DNA of 64,000 bases from Chiloscyllium plagiosum (taxonomy: Eukaryota): assembly GCF_004010195.1 (NCBI RefSeq), contig NC_057760.1, forward strand, positions 2,146,343 through 2,210,342, in the 5' to 3' direction. The stretch's first letter is position 1. Each line of letters opens with the position of its first letter. Below, piece after piece: positions 37,596-51,120 of the stretch. The translations under genes were made by a program, and so were the position numbers. The notes under the pieces were generated by a model. That model worked only from the letters and a program-made list of their open reading frames with translations. It did no database searches and was not told the origin of the DNA.

Positions 37596-40500
37596 GTGCC
37601 ACAGGGATCTGTAAGGGGGCCACAACCTCTTACAGTCTACACAGCAAGATCCCATAAGAATGCATGCTCGGTCAGCTTTTCTTTCGTGGTATTAATGGGA
37701 ATGCTGGCCAGGGTGTAGGAAGCACTCCACCCCACCACCACCACTCTTCAGTAGTTGTCTGGGGTATTTACCCGAGAGGGCTCCTGGCTTGATGCCTGCA
37801 GTCTGGATGATGAAACCAACCATACTATCACCACAATTGCTAATGATATAAAGATAGGTAGGAAATCAAGCCATGAGGAGGATACAAGAGGTTTGTTAAG
37901 GCAAGTGAACGAAAATTGGACAAATGGAGTATGATGTGGGAGAATGTGAGGCTGCCCACTTTGGCAGGGAGAAAGGAAGAGCAGAATATTGTTTAAATAG
38001 AGAGAAAGTAGAGCATGTTACAGTACAAAAGAACCTGGGTTTCCTCATACACAAATCACAAGGCAGAAGGAATATTGGCTTTTATTGCAAGGGGCGGAGC
38101 TCAAAACAAAGTCTTGCTACAACCGCACAGGCTATTGGTGAGATTCTGCATGGAGTACTGTTACAGCTTCACCCTCCTTGCTTAAGAAAATACTCTCTCA
38201 CATTGGAAGAAGATTCACTCAGCTGATTGCTGGGCTGAAGGGTTTGTCACATGAAGAAAGGTTGAGCAGGTTGTCCCTCCCTGCATTACAGTTAAGAAGA
38301 ATGGAAGTTAATCTTATTGAAATGGAAGATTCTGAGGCAGAGGACTTGGTGCTGAGGGATTTTTCTCATGAACGACGAGGACTCTAAACACCAGAGGGCA
38401 TCATTTGAAAAGAAGAGGTCACCTACTAAAGGAGGATATTTTTTCTCTCTCTTTGTTAGCCGTTAGAATTCTCTCACCCAGCGGAGGTTAGGTCACTAAA
38501 TATATTCAGAGCTGAATTAGATTGAGTTTTGATTGATGAGGGTGTAAACATTGATGTGCTGCAAACAGGAAAGAGAATTTGAAGCCACAAACAGACCAGT
38601 CACGACCTTACCAAATGATGTAGCAGGTTGGAGAGGCTGAGTGACCCACTCCCACTTATATTCCCTACATCCTTATGTGTTTTGGCCAGGCACTGTCATG
38701 TGATCAGATAATACAAGCTGTTACTAGTGAAAAAAGTTAAGCACCCAACCCTTTGGCCTGTGCATGGGGTGGTTTATCAAAAATCCTTCACGTCTCACAC
38801 GGACAGAATGCAGACAAATTCTTTTGGGCAATTTGCTGGTAGGTTGGCCGTTTTTAAAAGCCCATAGCCAACATTTCCGTCCACTTAAACGTAAGCAAAC
38901 GGTCAGTAAATGGTGCGTAATTGTTACACTTGGCTGTTGGAGTGTTAGCAGATGGAACAAACATTTCAGACACAGCAAAATCCCATAAGAATGCATGCTC
39001 GGTCAGCTTTTCTTTCGTGGTATTAATGGGAATGCTGGCCAGGGTGTAGGAAGCACTCCACTCCACCACCACCGCTCTTCAGTAGTTGTCTGGGGTATTT
39101 ACCCGAGAGGGCTCCTGGTTTGATGCCTCCTCTGACGGACAGTGTACCAACAGTGCGGCACTCTCTCGGTATGGGCACTGCCAGTGTCAATCCAGCCAGA
39201 GGAAGGAGCTCAAACCTTCTCATGAAAACTGAGTCATCCCAGTTGGCACCTAGCCTCTCTCAAAGCAAAGGCGTATCATCAGTAAAGCATTCCGTAAATA
39301 ACCTTTTAACTGATCCTGCAAAAAAGGACACAAAGCAACCCAAGACTTACCACGTAGCTAAAAGGTACATGCCTTATCCCCCAGTCAGAACACTGCCTTC
39401 AGTATCATGCTGTACTCAGATCTGACTGAACACTAACTACAAACACACCGCACCCATCCAAAAAGAAATGATTAGTTAAATCTGAAGATGAGTTCAAGAA
39501 TTTATTGGAATTGACAAAATCTCAAGGATGTGATTGGCGTCTTTCACTCTGCACCTGTCTGTCCCATTGTGTGTGTCTCTGTCTCTGTATGTGTCTCTCT
39601 CTGTTCCCTGTATGTGTGTCTCTCTCTATCCCTCTGTCGATATGTCTGTCTTTCACTTGATCTGTATGTCTTTGTGTGTGTGTGTGTGTGTTGGTGTGTG
39701 TGAGTGTGTCTCTCTCGCTCTCTCTGTGCCTCTCCCCTCTCATCATTCTTTCAGACTCACCACCTCGTGCCATCAGTCTCTGTCCTTGCGCTACTCTGAA
39801 GATATTCAGACATCACGAAAATCTGAGGACTCTGTGTAGCTGCGATGAACAGCTAATCATATCACTCAGGTATCCTTGTGAGAGGGACAGACACCTGTGA
39901 AAGTGACCCCATTCAGCATCCCTTAAATGTATTAAAATTTATCCAAAGCAGAAACTACAAACCAGAGAATCAAGACATTTAATATTTCACTTTATATATT
40001 TGAATCGCTTGAAGACATCACCAACTGAACCACAAGGTTCCCCATGCCACTTAGAAATTATACCTAGCGGCCACTGTAATGTTGGACAGATAAAGTGTAT
40101 TGAAGCAGGACTCAGTGTCACGGGAGCAGCAATTCAGATGGTTTTTCCGAGTAGCATTTTGACTGCCACAGATGCGACTAAAGAAAGACCGTTTCTGTGG
40201 AAACAAGATGAGACAGTAAGGAGTCTCATTTGAAGTTTTACAGTTCTTTGTAACTTACTGTGATAATCTTTCCATCACGGCCATGATCAGGAATCACAGC
40301 CATGAGTCAGCTTCTCCTTTTGGGAATGATTTGGAGATGCCAGTGTTGGACTGGGGTGTACAAAGTTAAAAATCACACAACACCAGGTTATGGTCCAACT
40401 GGTTTAATTGGAAGCACACTAGCTTTCGGAGCGACGCTGATGATGAAGGAGCGACGCTCCGAAAGCTGGTGTGCTTCCAATTAAACCTGTTGGACTATAA

Positions 40501-42154
40501 CTTGGTGTTGTGTGATCTTTANNNNNNNNNNNNNNNNNNNNNNNNNNNNNNNNNNNNNNNNNNNNNNNNNNNNNNNNNNNNNNNNNNNNNNNNNNNNNNN
40601 NNNNNNNNNNNNNNNNNNNNNNNNNNNNNNNNNNNNNNNNNNNNNNNNNNNNNNNNNNNNNNNNNNNNNNNNNNNNNNNNNNNNNNNNNNNNNNNNNNNN
40701 NNNNNNNNNNNNNNNNNNNNNNNNNNNNNNNNNNNNNNNNNNNNNNNNNNNNNNNNNNNNNNNNNNNNNNNNNNNNNNNNNNNNNNNNNNNNNNNNNNNN
40801 NNNNNNNNNNNNNNNNNNNNNNNNNNNNNNNNNNNNNNNNNNNNNNNNNNNNNNNNNNNNNNNNNNNNNNNNNNNNNNNNNNNNNNNNNNNNNNNNNNNN
40901 NNNNNNNNNNNNNNNNNNNNNNNNNNNNNNNNNNNNNNNNNNNNNNNNNNNNNNNNNNNNNNNNNNNNNNNNNNNNNNNNNNNNNNNNNNNNNNNNNNNN
41001 NNNNNNNNNNNNNNNNNNNNNTGGTCATGGACAGTGCAGACCAGATGGACCCCAGCCCAGCTCCCTCACCCGTCTCCCCTGGGTCCGGGAGGTCGGTCTG
41101 GTCCCGACCGTCTGACCCAGGGTGCGGGGATATGCGTGCGCGCGCCCCCAACGCCAACACGTTACCTTCGACCCTTGCACGCCTTCCTGTCGCGCCGTCA
41201 CAGCGATGATGTCGGCTGTGGTCTCACAGGGCATCGCAGCTGAACCCGATCCAGTCCTCACTGGAATCACGTATGTGGACCTGCCTCCCAGCTGCACTGC
41301 GACCCCGTTTGACCCATCTCACCCCACTCCCAAAAAGGAGGGAGAAAGAAAGAGGGAACACACAAACAGCTACCTCCACGCTCCACCCTGCCTGGGGCAC
41401 TCTTGTTGTTGGGTCAGGCGCAGTCCTGGTCGAGTGAGACAGTAAAATGAAGGAAGGAGCAGAGTACTGGTGATTCAATACCAAACTTGCTCACCTCAGC
41501 TGTGGGGGCTTACCCACAGTGAAAGGTGAACGGTCTGGAAATATAAACTCCAAGGCTGTTAACCCATCGCCTGGGTTACTGAGGACCAATCAGCTCCACT
41601 CTGCCAGCCCCCTTCCTGTTTGGTCCTTCGGGCACAGAAAGGATGTATCACCAACAGTATTCCAGGATTAGTTCAGAAATGGGCTCAAGAAACCAAAGTG
41701 CCTTCTCCCCTGTGTGTGATTACTAAATACCCCATTCAATGTGTGATACAGGGTGCAGGGAAGGGGGGGGGGCTACAGGAACACAGGGGATTGGTCTTAC
41801 CCAGAGGCATCCTGCACTGGGCAGCTGCCAGGGTGAGATCGGGCAGACTCCATACGGCCTGGGAACGGGACTCAGTCCCTTCCAGGTCTGTGGGCTCTGT
41901 ACCAGACTGGGTAAACCACACCTCCCTCTCCAGTAAAACCCCCACGTCCCCCTCTCAGATTGTCACCCAGAAGGAGGGCTGAACTGCGAAAGAAGAGGTG
42001 GGGGGAGGGGGGGGGGTGGGAGATGACGACAATGAAACAAGGAGACTTGCTCTCCCCCTCTCGGGACCTTGCGCTCTCTGGCATTCACCCTGCCAGGCAC
42101 TATATAAATAAAAACATCCTTGTGAAAGTAAGCTTCCATCGACGTACTGGGCAC

Positions 42155-42595
42155 TTACTTATCCAGACCATTTTGCTTCGATTTGATAAAGGCCATCCCG
42201 TGTGTCCGAAAGTGCGTTTTTAACAACGGCACGCTCTCAAACAGCTTCCCGCAGACGTCGCAAATCACCCCGCCCTCCAGCTTGATCCACTCGGGGTCTC
42301 CCTTGTCCTCAGTTCCCTTTGGCCCCCCGGACTCTTTCAGTCCGTGCACGATGAAGAGGTGACGGTTTAACGAGAGCTGGGCAGCGAAGCAGAGCCCGCA
42401 GTGACGGCACTGAAACGATGAGCCACCGGTTCGGTGCTGGGCGATGTGCTTGTGGAAATCGGAGAAGCTGCTGCATGTCTGGCCACATTTCATGCATCGG
42501 AAAGGCGAGCTCCCGTTCAGCTTCCGGGTCTTGGCGCCTTCGGAGCCCCAGTGCTCCGGCCCGTCCCTGGAGCTCGGCCGCTTGCGAATGGTGGT
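42155..42595 (-). CDS. ZNF687: ZNF687-like last coding exon (three C2H2 fingers, ends ...KTHFRTHGMAFIKSKQNGLDK*)
   Basis: caacag| acceptor at 42595, open to TAA at 42155; THGMAFI C-terminal family motif. Confidence 0.9.
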   Translation of the reverse strand, partial: TTIRKRPSSRDGPEHWGSEGAKTRKLNGSSPFRCMKCGQTCSSFSDFHKHIAQHRTGGSSFQCRHCGLCFAAQLSLNRHLFIVHGLKESGGPKGTEDKGDPEWIKLEGGVICDVCGKLFESVPLLKTHFRTHGMAFIKSKQNGLDK

Positions 42596-43767
42596 CTGTT
42601 GAGAGCGAGAGAGAAAGAGAGAGAGAGAGAGAGCGAGAGAGACAGAGAGAAAGAGAGAGAGAGAGAGACAGGGAGAGAGTGAGAGACCGAGCAGGTGACA
42701 GCGAGTCGGACAGAGAGAGAGACATGAATGGTGAGCACAGGAGTGAACCGAACCGAAGTGGGTGGATACATGAGTGAGCCAGACAGACGAAGCCAGTCCA
42801 ATAGGGAGCCGTGCAGTAAGGGTATGATATTGGGCAGGGACATGCCAAACAGGCGAGCGGGGGGTGGGGTATCACGGAAAGACGAAGGGGAGTGGGCCAG
42901 GTGGAAGAGGAGGCGTGAAAGTGAGGGGGCAGAATGGCCAAGTGAGCCAGGCGTCGAGGGTGGGAAAGTGGCCAAAAAAGGTGATTGAGAGTGCAAGCCA
43001 GCGAGACAACGAGGGCACACCCATAAGTAGGCCGAAGGGGTATCAGGTGGGTGCGGTGTGGGACCAAGTGGGCACCAGATCGAGGGGAGAGCGAGAGCGA
43101 GCAGTCATGAGAGTGGACAGAGAGCGAGAGCACGTGTGAGTGAGGCAGCAGCAGGGGGCAGTGGGGGGGGGGGGGACACACGCATGATGAGAGTGGAACA
43201 GTGCAATTGAACCAGATAGCAAGAGCAAGCAAAGGAGACACAGAGAAAGTGAGGAGGGTAAGAGGAGAAAGTGAGGGCAGAACAGTGAGTAGGAGAAAGA
43301 GCAAGAGACCCAGAATGTGAAAGAGAGAAAAATAAAGATTTTTTAAAAACGTCATCACTAGCAGATTTGCTCAGTGTTGCTCCCGAAGTCTGTTGTACTG
43401 AAAGAGCTCCACAGTACAGGACCAAGACTATTAAACATGATTTACAACGCAGCACGAAATGACCATGGAAGGAGCATAGTGGAATCCAATCCAGTCCTGA
43501 TCAACACTTTAAACACTCCACTTCCAGTAGGAGTCTCTCAACAGCGATTAGCAGCAGAAACACTGGCTGCATTTCCCCTCCGTACCCCAGGATCGACCCA
43601 GACTGCTGCCTTGCCAGAGTTCCATTAATTCAGCGCAGACCAAGCATTGAACGAACGACCGCCTGGTCCAGGCTGTAATCTACAAGGTGCTTTTCTAGCC
43701 CAGCCACTGGGCGGAGGGGCTGTTACTCTGGAAGTCTGTAACGTACATTCTGTCTGAGTGGCGTTAC

Positions 43768-43900
43768 CTTAATGCTCACTCTCTCGAAGAGATTCTCCTG
43801 GTCCTGAGCGTGGTCTGCCATGTTAATACCGTGAATGACTTGCAAATGTTTCTCCAGAGTCAGGCGACTGCTGAACGTCCTCTTGCCTTCGCTGCAGTGT
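43768..43900 (-). CDS. ZNF687: ZNF687-like exon (HCSEGKRTFSSRLTLEKHLQVIHGINMADHAQDQENLFERVSIK)
   Basis: Hand-translated; EGKRTFSSRL.LEKH motif; 133 nt; bridges phases of flanking exons. Confidence 0.9.
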
Positions 43901-44859
43901 CTGAAATGACAGGCAGGATATCACAACGCTGCTCTGCACGCCTTCTAAATAACAAGACGACTTTGAGAGCAACTAAACGAGAAAAAGGAGGAACCCACAG
44001 TTTTATGAGTGAGTGCTATGGGCATGGAGTGTTTCATTAAGACTGTGCCTGAATCCTCTCAGACAGTTTCTCCATCACGAGAAAGTTCTTTCCCAGAGGA
44101 ACGCCACGTTACGTGGGAGGTAGATCAACATTCGCTACGTGACAATGCGGCACTCAAAGCAACAAACAAGGCTGCCTCGCAAAAATGAATCTCTTCGGTT
44201 GTAAAGGACAAGTGCGTGGGTACAATCATACGCTCGAGTGCTAAGGGTGCCTGGGGTGCAGTGGCAATGCTCCTACCTCTGAGCCAGGAAGTTCAAGTCC
44301 CACCTGCTCCAGAGGGGCGCAATACTCTCTCTGGAAACAGGGTGATTAGAAAATATCTGCACTCGAGTGCATGGAGATGTAGACCATCATAAGGAATAAA
44401 AAGGTGATGGCATGGTGGATGTGAATTTGAATGGATCGATCCAATTTGCCTGGATTAGAGAGTATGAGTTGTAAGGAGGGGCTAGAAAAACTCGGGTTGT
44501 TTGGAGCAGCAGAGGCTGAGGAGAGATTTGATAGAAGTCTATAAAATTATGAGATGCCTGGATAGGGTTGACGGTCAGACCCTTTTCCCAGAGTTGAAAT
44601 GTCCAAAACTAGGGAGCGTGCATTTAAAGCGAGGGGGGGGGGGGAAATTCAAAGGAGACTCAAGGGGCACGTTTTTGTTTTAATCACAGAGTGGTAGGAG
44701 TCTGTAACACATTGTCGGAGTGGTGGAGGGAGATACAACAGGGGTGTTTAATGGGCTTTTAGGTAAGCACATGCTTATAACAGGACCAGAGGGATATGGA
44801 AAAAGGGCAGGTGTCATGCTCAGCACAATATTGTGGGCCGAAGGGCCTGTTCCTGCGCT

Positions 44860-45635
44860 GTACGTGCGTGCGCGCGTGTCTCTGCATCTATATATATATG
44901 CAGAGACACGCGCGCATATATATATGCATGTCTCTGCATCTATATATGCGTGTCTCTGCATCTATATATATATATATATGCGTGTCTCTGCATCTATATA
45001 TATATATGCATGTCTCTGCATCTATATATATATATATATATGTCTCTGCATCTATATATGCGTGTCTCTGCATCTATATATATATATATATGCGTGTCTC
45101 TGCATCTATATATATATATATGCGTGTCTCTGCATCTATATATATATATATATATATGCGTGTCTCTGCATCTATATATATATATGCGTGTCTCTGCATC
45201 TATAGATATATATATGCGTGTCTCTGCATCTATATATATATGCGCGTCTCTGCATATATATATGCGCGTCTCTGCATATATATATATGCGCGCGTGTGTG
45301 CGCACGCGCGTGCGTGTGTGTGCACGTGCGTGCGCATATATATATGCGGGTCTCTGCATATATATATGCACGCGCGTGCACGCGCACGTGTAGGTGTGCG
45401 CACGTGTAGGTGTGCGCACGTGTAGGTGTGCGCACGTGTGCGTGCGCATACGTGTGCGTACGTGTGTGTGTGTATGTATAACGCACGCGCACGTGTAGGT
45501 GTGCGCACGTGTAGGTGTGCGCACGTGTGCGTGCGCACGTGTGCGTGTGCATACGTGTGCGTACGTGTGTGTGTGTATGTATAACGTGTGCGTGTGTGTA
45601 TACGTGTGTGTGTCTGTCTGTCTGTCTGTATATGT
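44860..45635. repeat. Compound microsatellite/minisatellite ((TA)n-GCGTGTCTCTGCATC units grading into alternating purine-pyrimidine CGTG/TGTG)
   Basis: Direct reading. Confidence 0.9.
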
Positions 45636-46898
45636 ATGGCGAAAGTAGGCACTGCAGATGCTGGAGATTAGAGTGGCGCCGGGAAAGCACAGCAGGTCAG
45701 GCAGCATCCGAGGAGCAGGAAAATCAACGTTTCTGGCAAAAGCCCTTCATCAGGAATGAGGCTGGGAGCCTCAGGGGTGGAGAGATAAATGGGATGGGGT
45801 GGTGGTGGGGGTGGAGATGGGAGGAAGGTAGCTGAGTGCGCAATAAATGGACAGAGGTGGGGGTAAAAGTGATAGGTCGAACTATCCAGGAAGCACAGTG
45901 ACAGTCAATGTCGAAAGCAGTACTGAAATCGGAATTGTTTTATATTCACTCACGCAGTGCGGGCACGCTGGGCTGGCTGAGTATTTGTTGCCTGTCCCTT
46001 ATTGCCTGGAGAGTAGTTAAGAGTCAGGCCCATTGCTGTGGGTGGGGAATGATACATAGGCCAGACCAGGCAAAAACAGATTTCCTTCCCTAAAGGACAT
46101 ACATGAACTAAAGGAACTTTAGGACAGATTTTATACCGTTGGCTAGCTTTTTAATCGCAGGTTTTTTGTTGAACTTAAATTTCCTCAATCTTCCACAGTG
46201 GGATTCAGACCCACACACCCTGAACTCTAGGGATTGGGCAGATCAAAAACAAGAAGTGTCCTTTTTAAATTCAGTCCCACTCTGCGAAATGTCAGCTTGA
46301 TTACTGAACTCGGAATCTTTATTGCATCCAGCCAGTAGAGAAACCTCAGTGCCCTTTGAAACTAATTAAAAACTCAAAACAACTGCAAATGCTGGAAATC
46401 AGAAACAAAAGCAGAAATTGCAATAAAGGCTCAGTGCATCTGCGGAGAGAAATCAGAGCTAACGTTTCGGGTTGAGTGGATCTTCCTCAGAACAGTTCAA
46501 AGGAAGGGTCATTCGGGCCGAAACGTTAACTTGGATTTCTCTCCACAGATGTGGTCAGACCTGCTGGGATCCCCTGGCAAGATCTGTTTTCGCTTGTATG
46601 CTTTCAGATATACTGGACTTGAGAATTGCCCAGAGGGTAAACCACCCTGTGGCGAAAAGAGTGAAGGAACAAGCACCGAATGAGGCTGGGAAGGACAAAA
46701 TAACTCTTAAATGATATCAACATGGAGCCTGAGCACCAGCAGAAGCGCTGCAAGAGGCAAACAGTGAAGGAAGCAACTCAACAACACTGAAAATCTGCTC
46801 AACCAGCGATCCAGAAATACGGCCACTCACCGTTACAGCAACCGGAAAATATCAAAGACCACACTCACTCACACCATTCAGGTGACAACACCTGACTC

Positions 46899-48212
46899 TG
46901 ATGATACTGTGGCTTTAAGAGGTGTGTTTTGTCCCGGTTTATGCTTTGAAGGGAGCTTGTAAGGCAGCGGGTGCTGAGCAGTCAACCAGAGCCACAGCTT
47001 CGGAGGGGGACTTGGGATTTTTTTCAAACAATAGAAGCAGCCTGGCTGGGTGTGGTCAAGCTCCCAGGAAACCAGGCCTTTTAGTTTGAGCTTTCAGCAG
47101 TTGCTGTTGGGAGTCTTGAAGAGGTAGAAGCTATGTTTCCCCCCGCCTCTCGGTCACAGCCAAAAGCTGAGGGCCATCCTCTTGTGGGAGTTACACATGA
47201 CACCACCTGCTTTTCTAATTTCCCCTTTTTTGCGAAGGGTGTGTTGACAGAACATTACAATAGTGAAACAGTTAATTAGTAATAGTTACTGCATAGAATC
47301 CCTACAGTGTGGAAACAGGCCATTTGGCCCAACAAGTTCACACTAATCTACTGAACAGCAACCCACCCAGACCCAATTCCCTACCCTATTACTCTACATT
47401 TCCCCTGACTAATGCACTGAGCCTAAATCTCCCTGAACACTATGGCTAATTTAAGACCATAAGACAAAGGAGTGGAAGTAAGGCCATTTGGCCCATCGAG
47501 TCCACTCCACCATTTAATCATGGCTGATGGGCATTTCAATTCCACTTACCCGCACTATCCCTGTTGCCCTTAATTCCTAGTGAGATCAAGAAATTATCAA
47601 TCTCTGCCTTGAAGACATTTAACGTCCCAGCCTCCACTGACAATGAATTCCATAAAATAATTTAGCATGGCCAATTCACCTAACCTGAACATCTTTGGGC
47701 TGTGGGAGGAGCACCCGGAGGGAACCCACGCAGACACAGGGAAAACATGCAAACTCCACACAGACAGTCGCCCGAGGCTGGAATCGAACCCGGGTCCCTG
47801 GTACTGAGAGTCATAGAGATGTACAGCATGGAAACAGACCCTTCAGTCCAACCCGTCCATGCCGACCAGATATCCCAACCCAATCTAGTCCCACCTGCCA
47901 GTACCCGGCCCATATCCCTCCAAACCCTTCCTATTCATATACCCATCCAGTGCTAACCACTGAGCCATCCAATAATTAGTAACAGTTACTGCATCTACTG
48001 TTAAGTTTTCTAATAGAGCTATTCCAACTATTTCTTTTGTTTGTTGCATTGTGACTATAATGGATGAATAAAGTGTGTTTTGCTTTCAATCTGGTAGGTT
48101 GACCAATCGAATTGCATCTGGAACACAACTTACATTCACCATTAAAATAAGAAAAAGCTAGGGTCTAGACTATCAACTGAATATTTTGAGGGGTCTGATC
48201 TGGTCCAAAACA
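46899..48212 (+). mobile_element. Possible solo LTR with nested HE1 SINE and CR1 tails (47295-47972)
   Basis: TG...ACA-like ends, AATAAA at ~48067; nested insert flanked by 22-bp duplication taattagtaa(t/c)agttactgcat at 47273-47294 and 47973-47994. Confidence 0.45.
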
Positions 48213-51007
48213 TGATTAGAGACCAAAAACATCATCTCCTTGCGGACCCCAGCAGAATGGGAGTCCTCCATGTTGGTTTTCACAAAGGGAGGAGGATGAG
48301 AGGCAGCGGCTACATCGGAACAGGATGAGAACCGATGGTGGTGGTGGTGGAGGAGGAGGAGAAATTAAGAAAGAGGGTCAATCATGAGGTCCACTTGGAG
48401 GTGTAGGGAAGCAAGGGCGGACAGTGAAGAGGCTGCAGTCACAATCTTCCAATCACTGCCTCCCCCCCCCCCCCGACTGGTGCCTTCAAATGCTATACCC
48501 CAGTCAGTGCAAGGTCAAGGCAAATCACATTGGATTAACTTGATGGGAGTTTCTAACGGAGGGCTCTTGCCTGCTCAGACATGGTCTGTTGAAACAAACA
48601 GACACAGGAGGAGAGATTGAAAATTACTTGGGAGCGGCAAGCATTTCATTTTGGATCAGGAGTAACACAAAGGACAAAGCTGTTGCCAGGGAGGGAATGC
48701 AGCGAAGGTTCACCAGACACACCCGCAGGGAGGATGGGACTGTCTTATGAAGAAAGATCGGAGAAACCTTCTCTGAAACGCTGAAGAATGAGAGATTTTC
48801 TCATCGAGACTTACAAAACAAAGCATGGACAGAGGAGATGCGGAAAAGGTGTTTTGCCTTGTTTGGGGAGATGAGAACCGAGGCACGATGAAGGGCTTTC
48901 CTGGTGAAGGACCCCGGCCTGAACCGTCGATTTTCCTGCTCCTCGGATGCTGCCTGATCTGCTGTGCTTTTCCAGCACCAAACTCTTGACTCGAGAGGAG
49001 AATCAGGGGCACGATTTAAAAATAAGATAGATAACACTTGAGACAAAGACGAGGAGACTTCTTTGTTTTAACTCCGAGGAATTCCCTGCTGAAGCGGGTT
49101 GGAAAAGCTTCAGTCTTTGAGAACGTTGAAGGTAGGGATTGATAGATTTCTCATTCCCAGTGCTGTACAGGGTTAGGAGGACGGGGCGACTAAAAGGCAT
49201 TGAAGTGTTCGATCAGCCACGATCGTATTGATTGGTAGGGAAGGATCGAATGGCCTGCTCCCGTCCCTACGGTGTTGAACTAAATGGTACAAGGCACTCT
49301 CACAGTCATTTACAGAGAAACGAGATTACAAACGCAAGCAGACTGAATATGATTTACTTTCAAAAGCAAAGCACTTGTTTGACCTTGGCTGTGGGGTTGC
49401 TTGCAGGCTGTAGGAAGGACATCAAGGTCACAGAGGGACAGCAGGGGGAGACATCCTCCAACAGGACCGGTGTGTGTGTGTGTGTGTGTGTATTTTGGGG
49501 GGGGAAAAGAGTTGAGGAGTTCAATTCACACTGAGGATCAGTGATTGATCTCTACATACAGGAGGAAACTTGATAATGGTTTTCAAAATCACACCGGAAG
49601 TTTGTAGCTCAGATAAACAGGGAATTGTTGACAGTTCTGGGCGGGGCGGTAACTAGAGGGAGGGACAGAAATTTAACATAATTGGCAAAAGAACCAAAGA
49701 TGACTCAAGGAAGCTTTTTTTTGTTTAAAAAGCAGAAGCAGTGGGATGTTGTGATCTGGGCCGTGCTGCCTGACGTTCAATAGGAGCTTGCAAAAGAAAC
49801 AAAAATGGGGAATTCGGGGAAATACACTTGCAGGGCTACGGATCCAGGATTATGGGGACTGATCTACCAAAGGGCTAGCATAGGCACGGTGGGCTAAATG
49901 GCCTTGTCATCAATGCCACCAATTCACGGTGTGCCTGAACCTCCCTTTGCCACCAGCTGGCTTCTACTGAAATATAGGGACAGCTGCTGGGAGGTCAGAT
50001 CCCAAAGCTTAAATTTCAGGAAGAGATGACCGGAACAGGGGGATGCGGCACCCGGAAAGATCTTGGAATCACAGTTTTCACAATAGGAAATATTCTTGTT
50101 GCCATGGAAAGTCTGCCAACATCAAAGACCACTCTCCCACCCCGGTAATGCTCTCTTCCAACCTCATCAGTCAGGCAGAAGATACAGAAGCTTGAACACA
50201 CGCACCATCAGATTCAGGAACAGCTTCTTCCCCTCCCCCCACTGTTATTAGACTGACAAATGGATCGATCTCACTTCAAACAATATTGATCTTGCTTTGT
50301 GCCCCTCCTGTGCAGCTGTAACCCTTTGTGTCTCGCTCTGACCAAGCTCCCCAGGATCTCCATGTCCCTGTTTGCTACGATCTGTCTGTACTGCTCACAA
50401 AACAAAACCTTTCACCGTACTTAGGCACACGTGACTACAATAAATCGAACCCGGTCAGGCCGCACAGAGGTCAGCCACGGGCTGAATGGACTCGTGCCGA
50501 CCGCAGGAGATGCTGAAGGTCAGCCTTTTGGGGGTGCTGGCTGAGAGTCTGACAGAACAGAGAGACTGGCTGCTCAGCTCAGCCCAGGGAGAAGAGTAAA
50601 GAGTGGGCCAGGGAATCACTGGGCTGGAGCCAGTGAACGGTTCCCAGACCAGGGCCTGGCACAGTGGGCTTCGTTTGTGAAGGAATTCCTAGCGACCAGC
50701 CGGTATAGCTCCACGGTCACCACCACGGAGACCCACTTTCCGTTTCCGAATTTAAGCCGTGCTTGCAATTCTCAGCCCGCTGCTGCCAGGGTGAGTGGAG
50801 GAAACGGGCTGGGGTGTACTGCAGTCAGCTGTCTTGCTGAGAGTCAGACCCTGGCTTGGGAGGGGGAAGGGGTGAGACACTAGGCCGCAGGCTGCACCTG
50901 GACGGCTCCCCTCACCCCCACGCCCGACCCTCAGTGCGAGCAGGGCCCTGGCCGTGATAACCACTCCACCCCGGAGAGAAGCTTTGAGCTGGGAGCGGTT
51001 GGCTTAC

Positions 51008-51120
51008 CTGCAGCTGTAGACGCGTTTAATCCCCTCGTGGTTGACCCGGACATGCCTTCGCAAGCTGGGAGCGGAGCAGAATGATCTCTCACAGAGTCTG
51101 CACGGGAACTTCTTCATCGC
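51008..51120 (-). CDS. ZNF687: ZNF687-like exon ([38 protein letters not shown])
   Basis: Hand-translated; near-identical to the recalled ZNF687 finger; 113 nt; AG/GT. Confidence 0.92.

Noticed and set aside
39756..39900. Possible minus-strand exon with GTGAG donor (similar at ~29745)
   Set aside because: No frame open across it and no recognisable protein
42309..43358. 349-aa hydrophobic minus-strand ORF
   Set aside because: CT-rich intron read-through in a different frame from the zinc-finger exon
44720..45707. Cys/Tyr/His-rich ORFs
   Set aside because: Microsatellite translations
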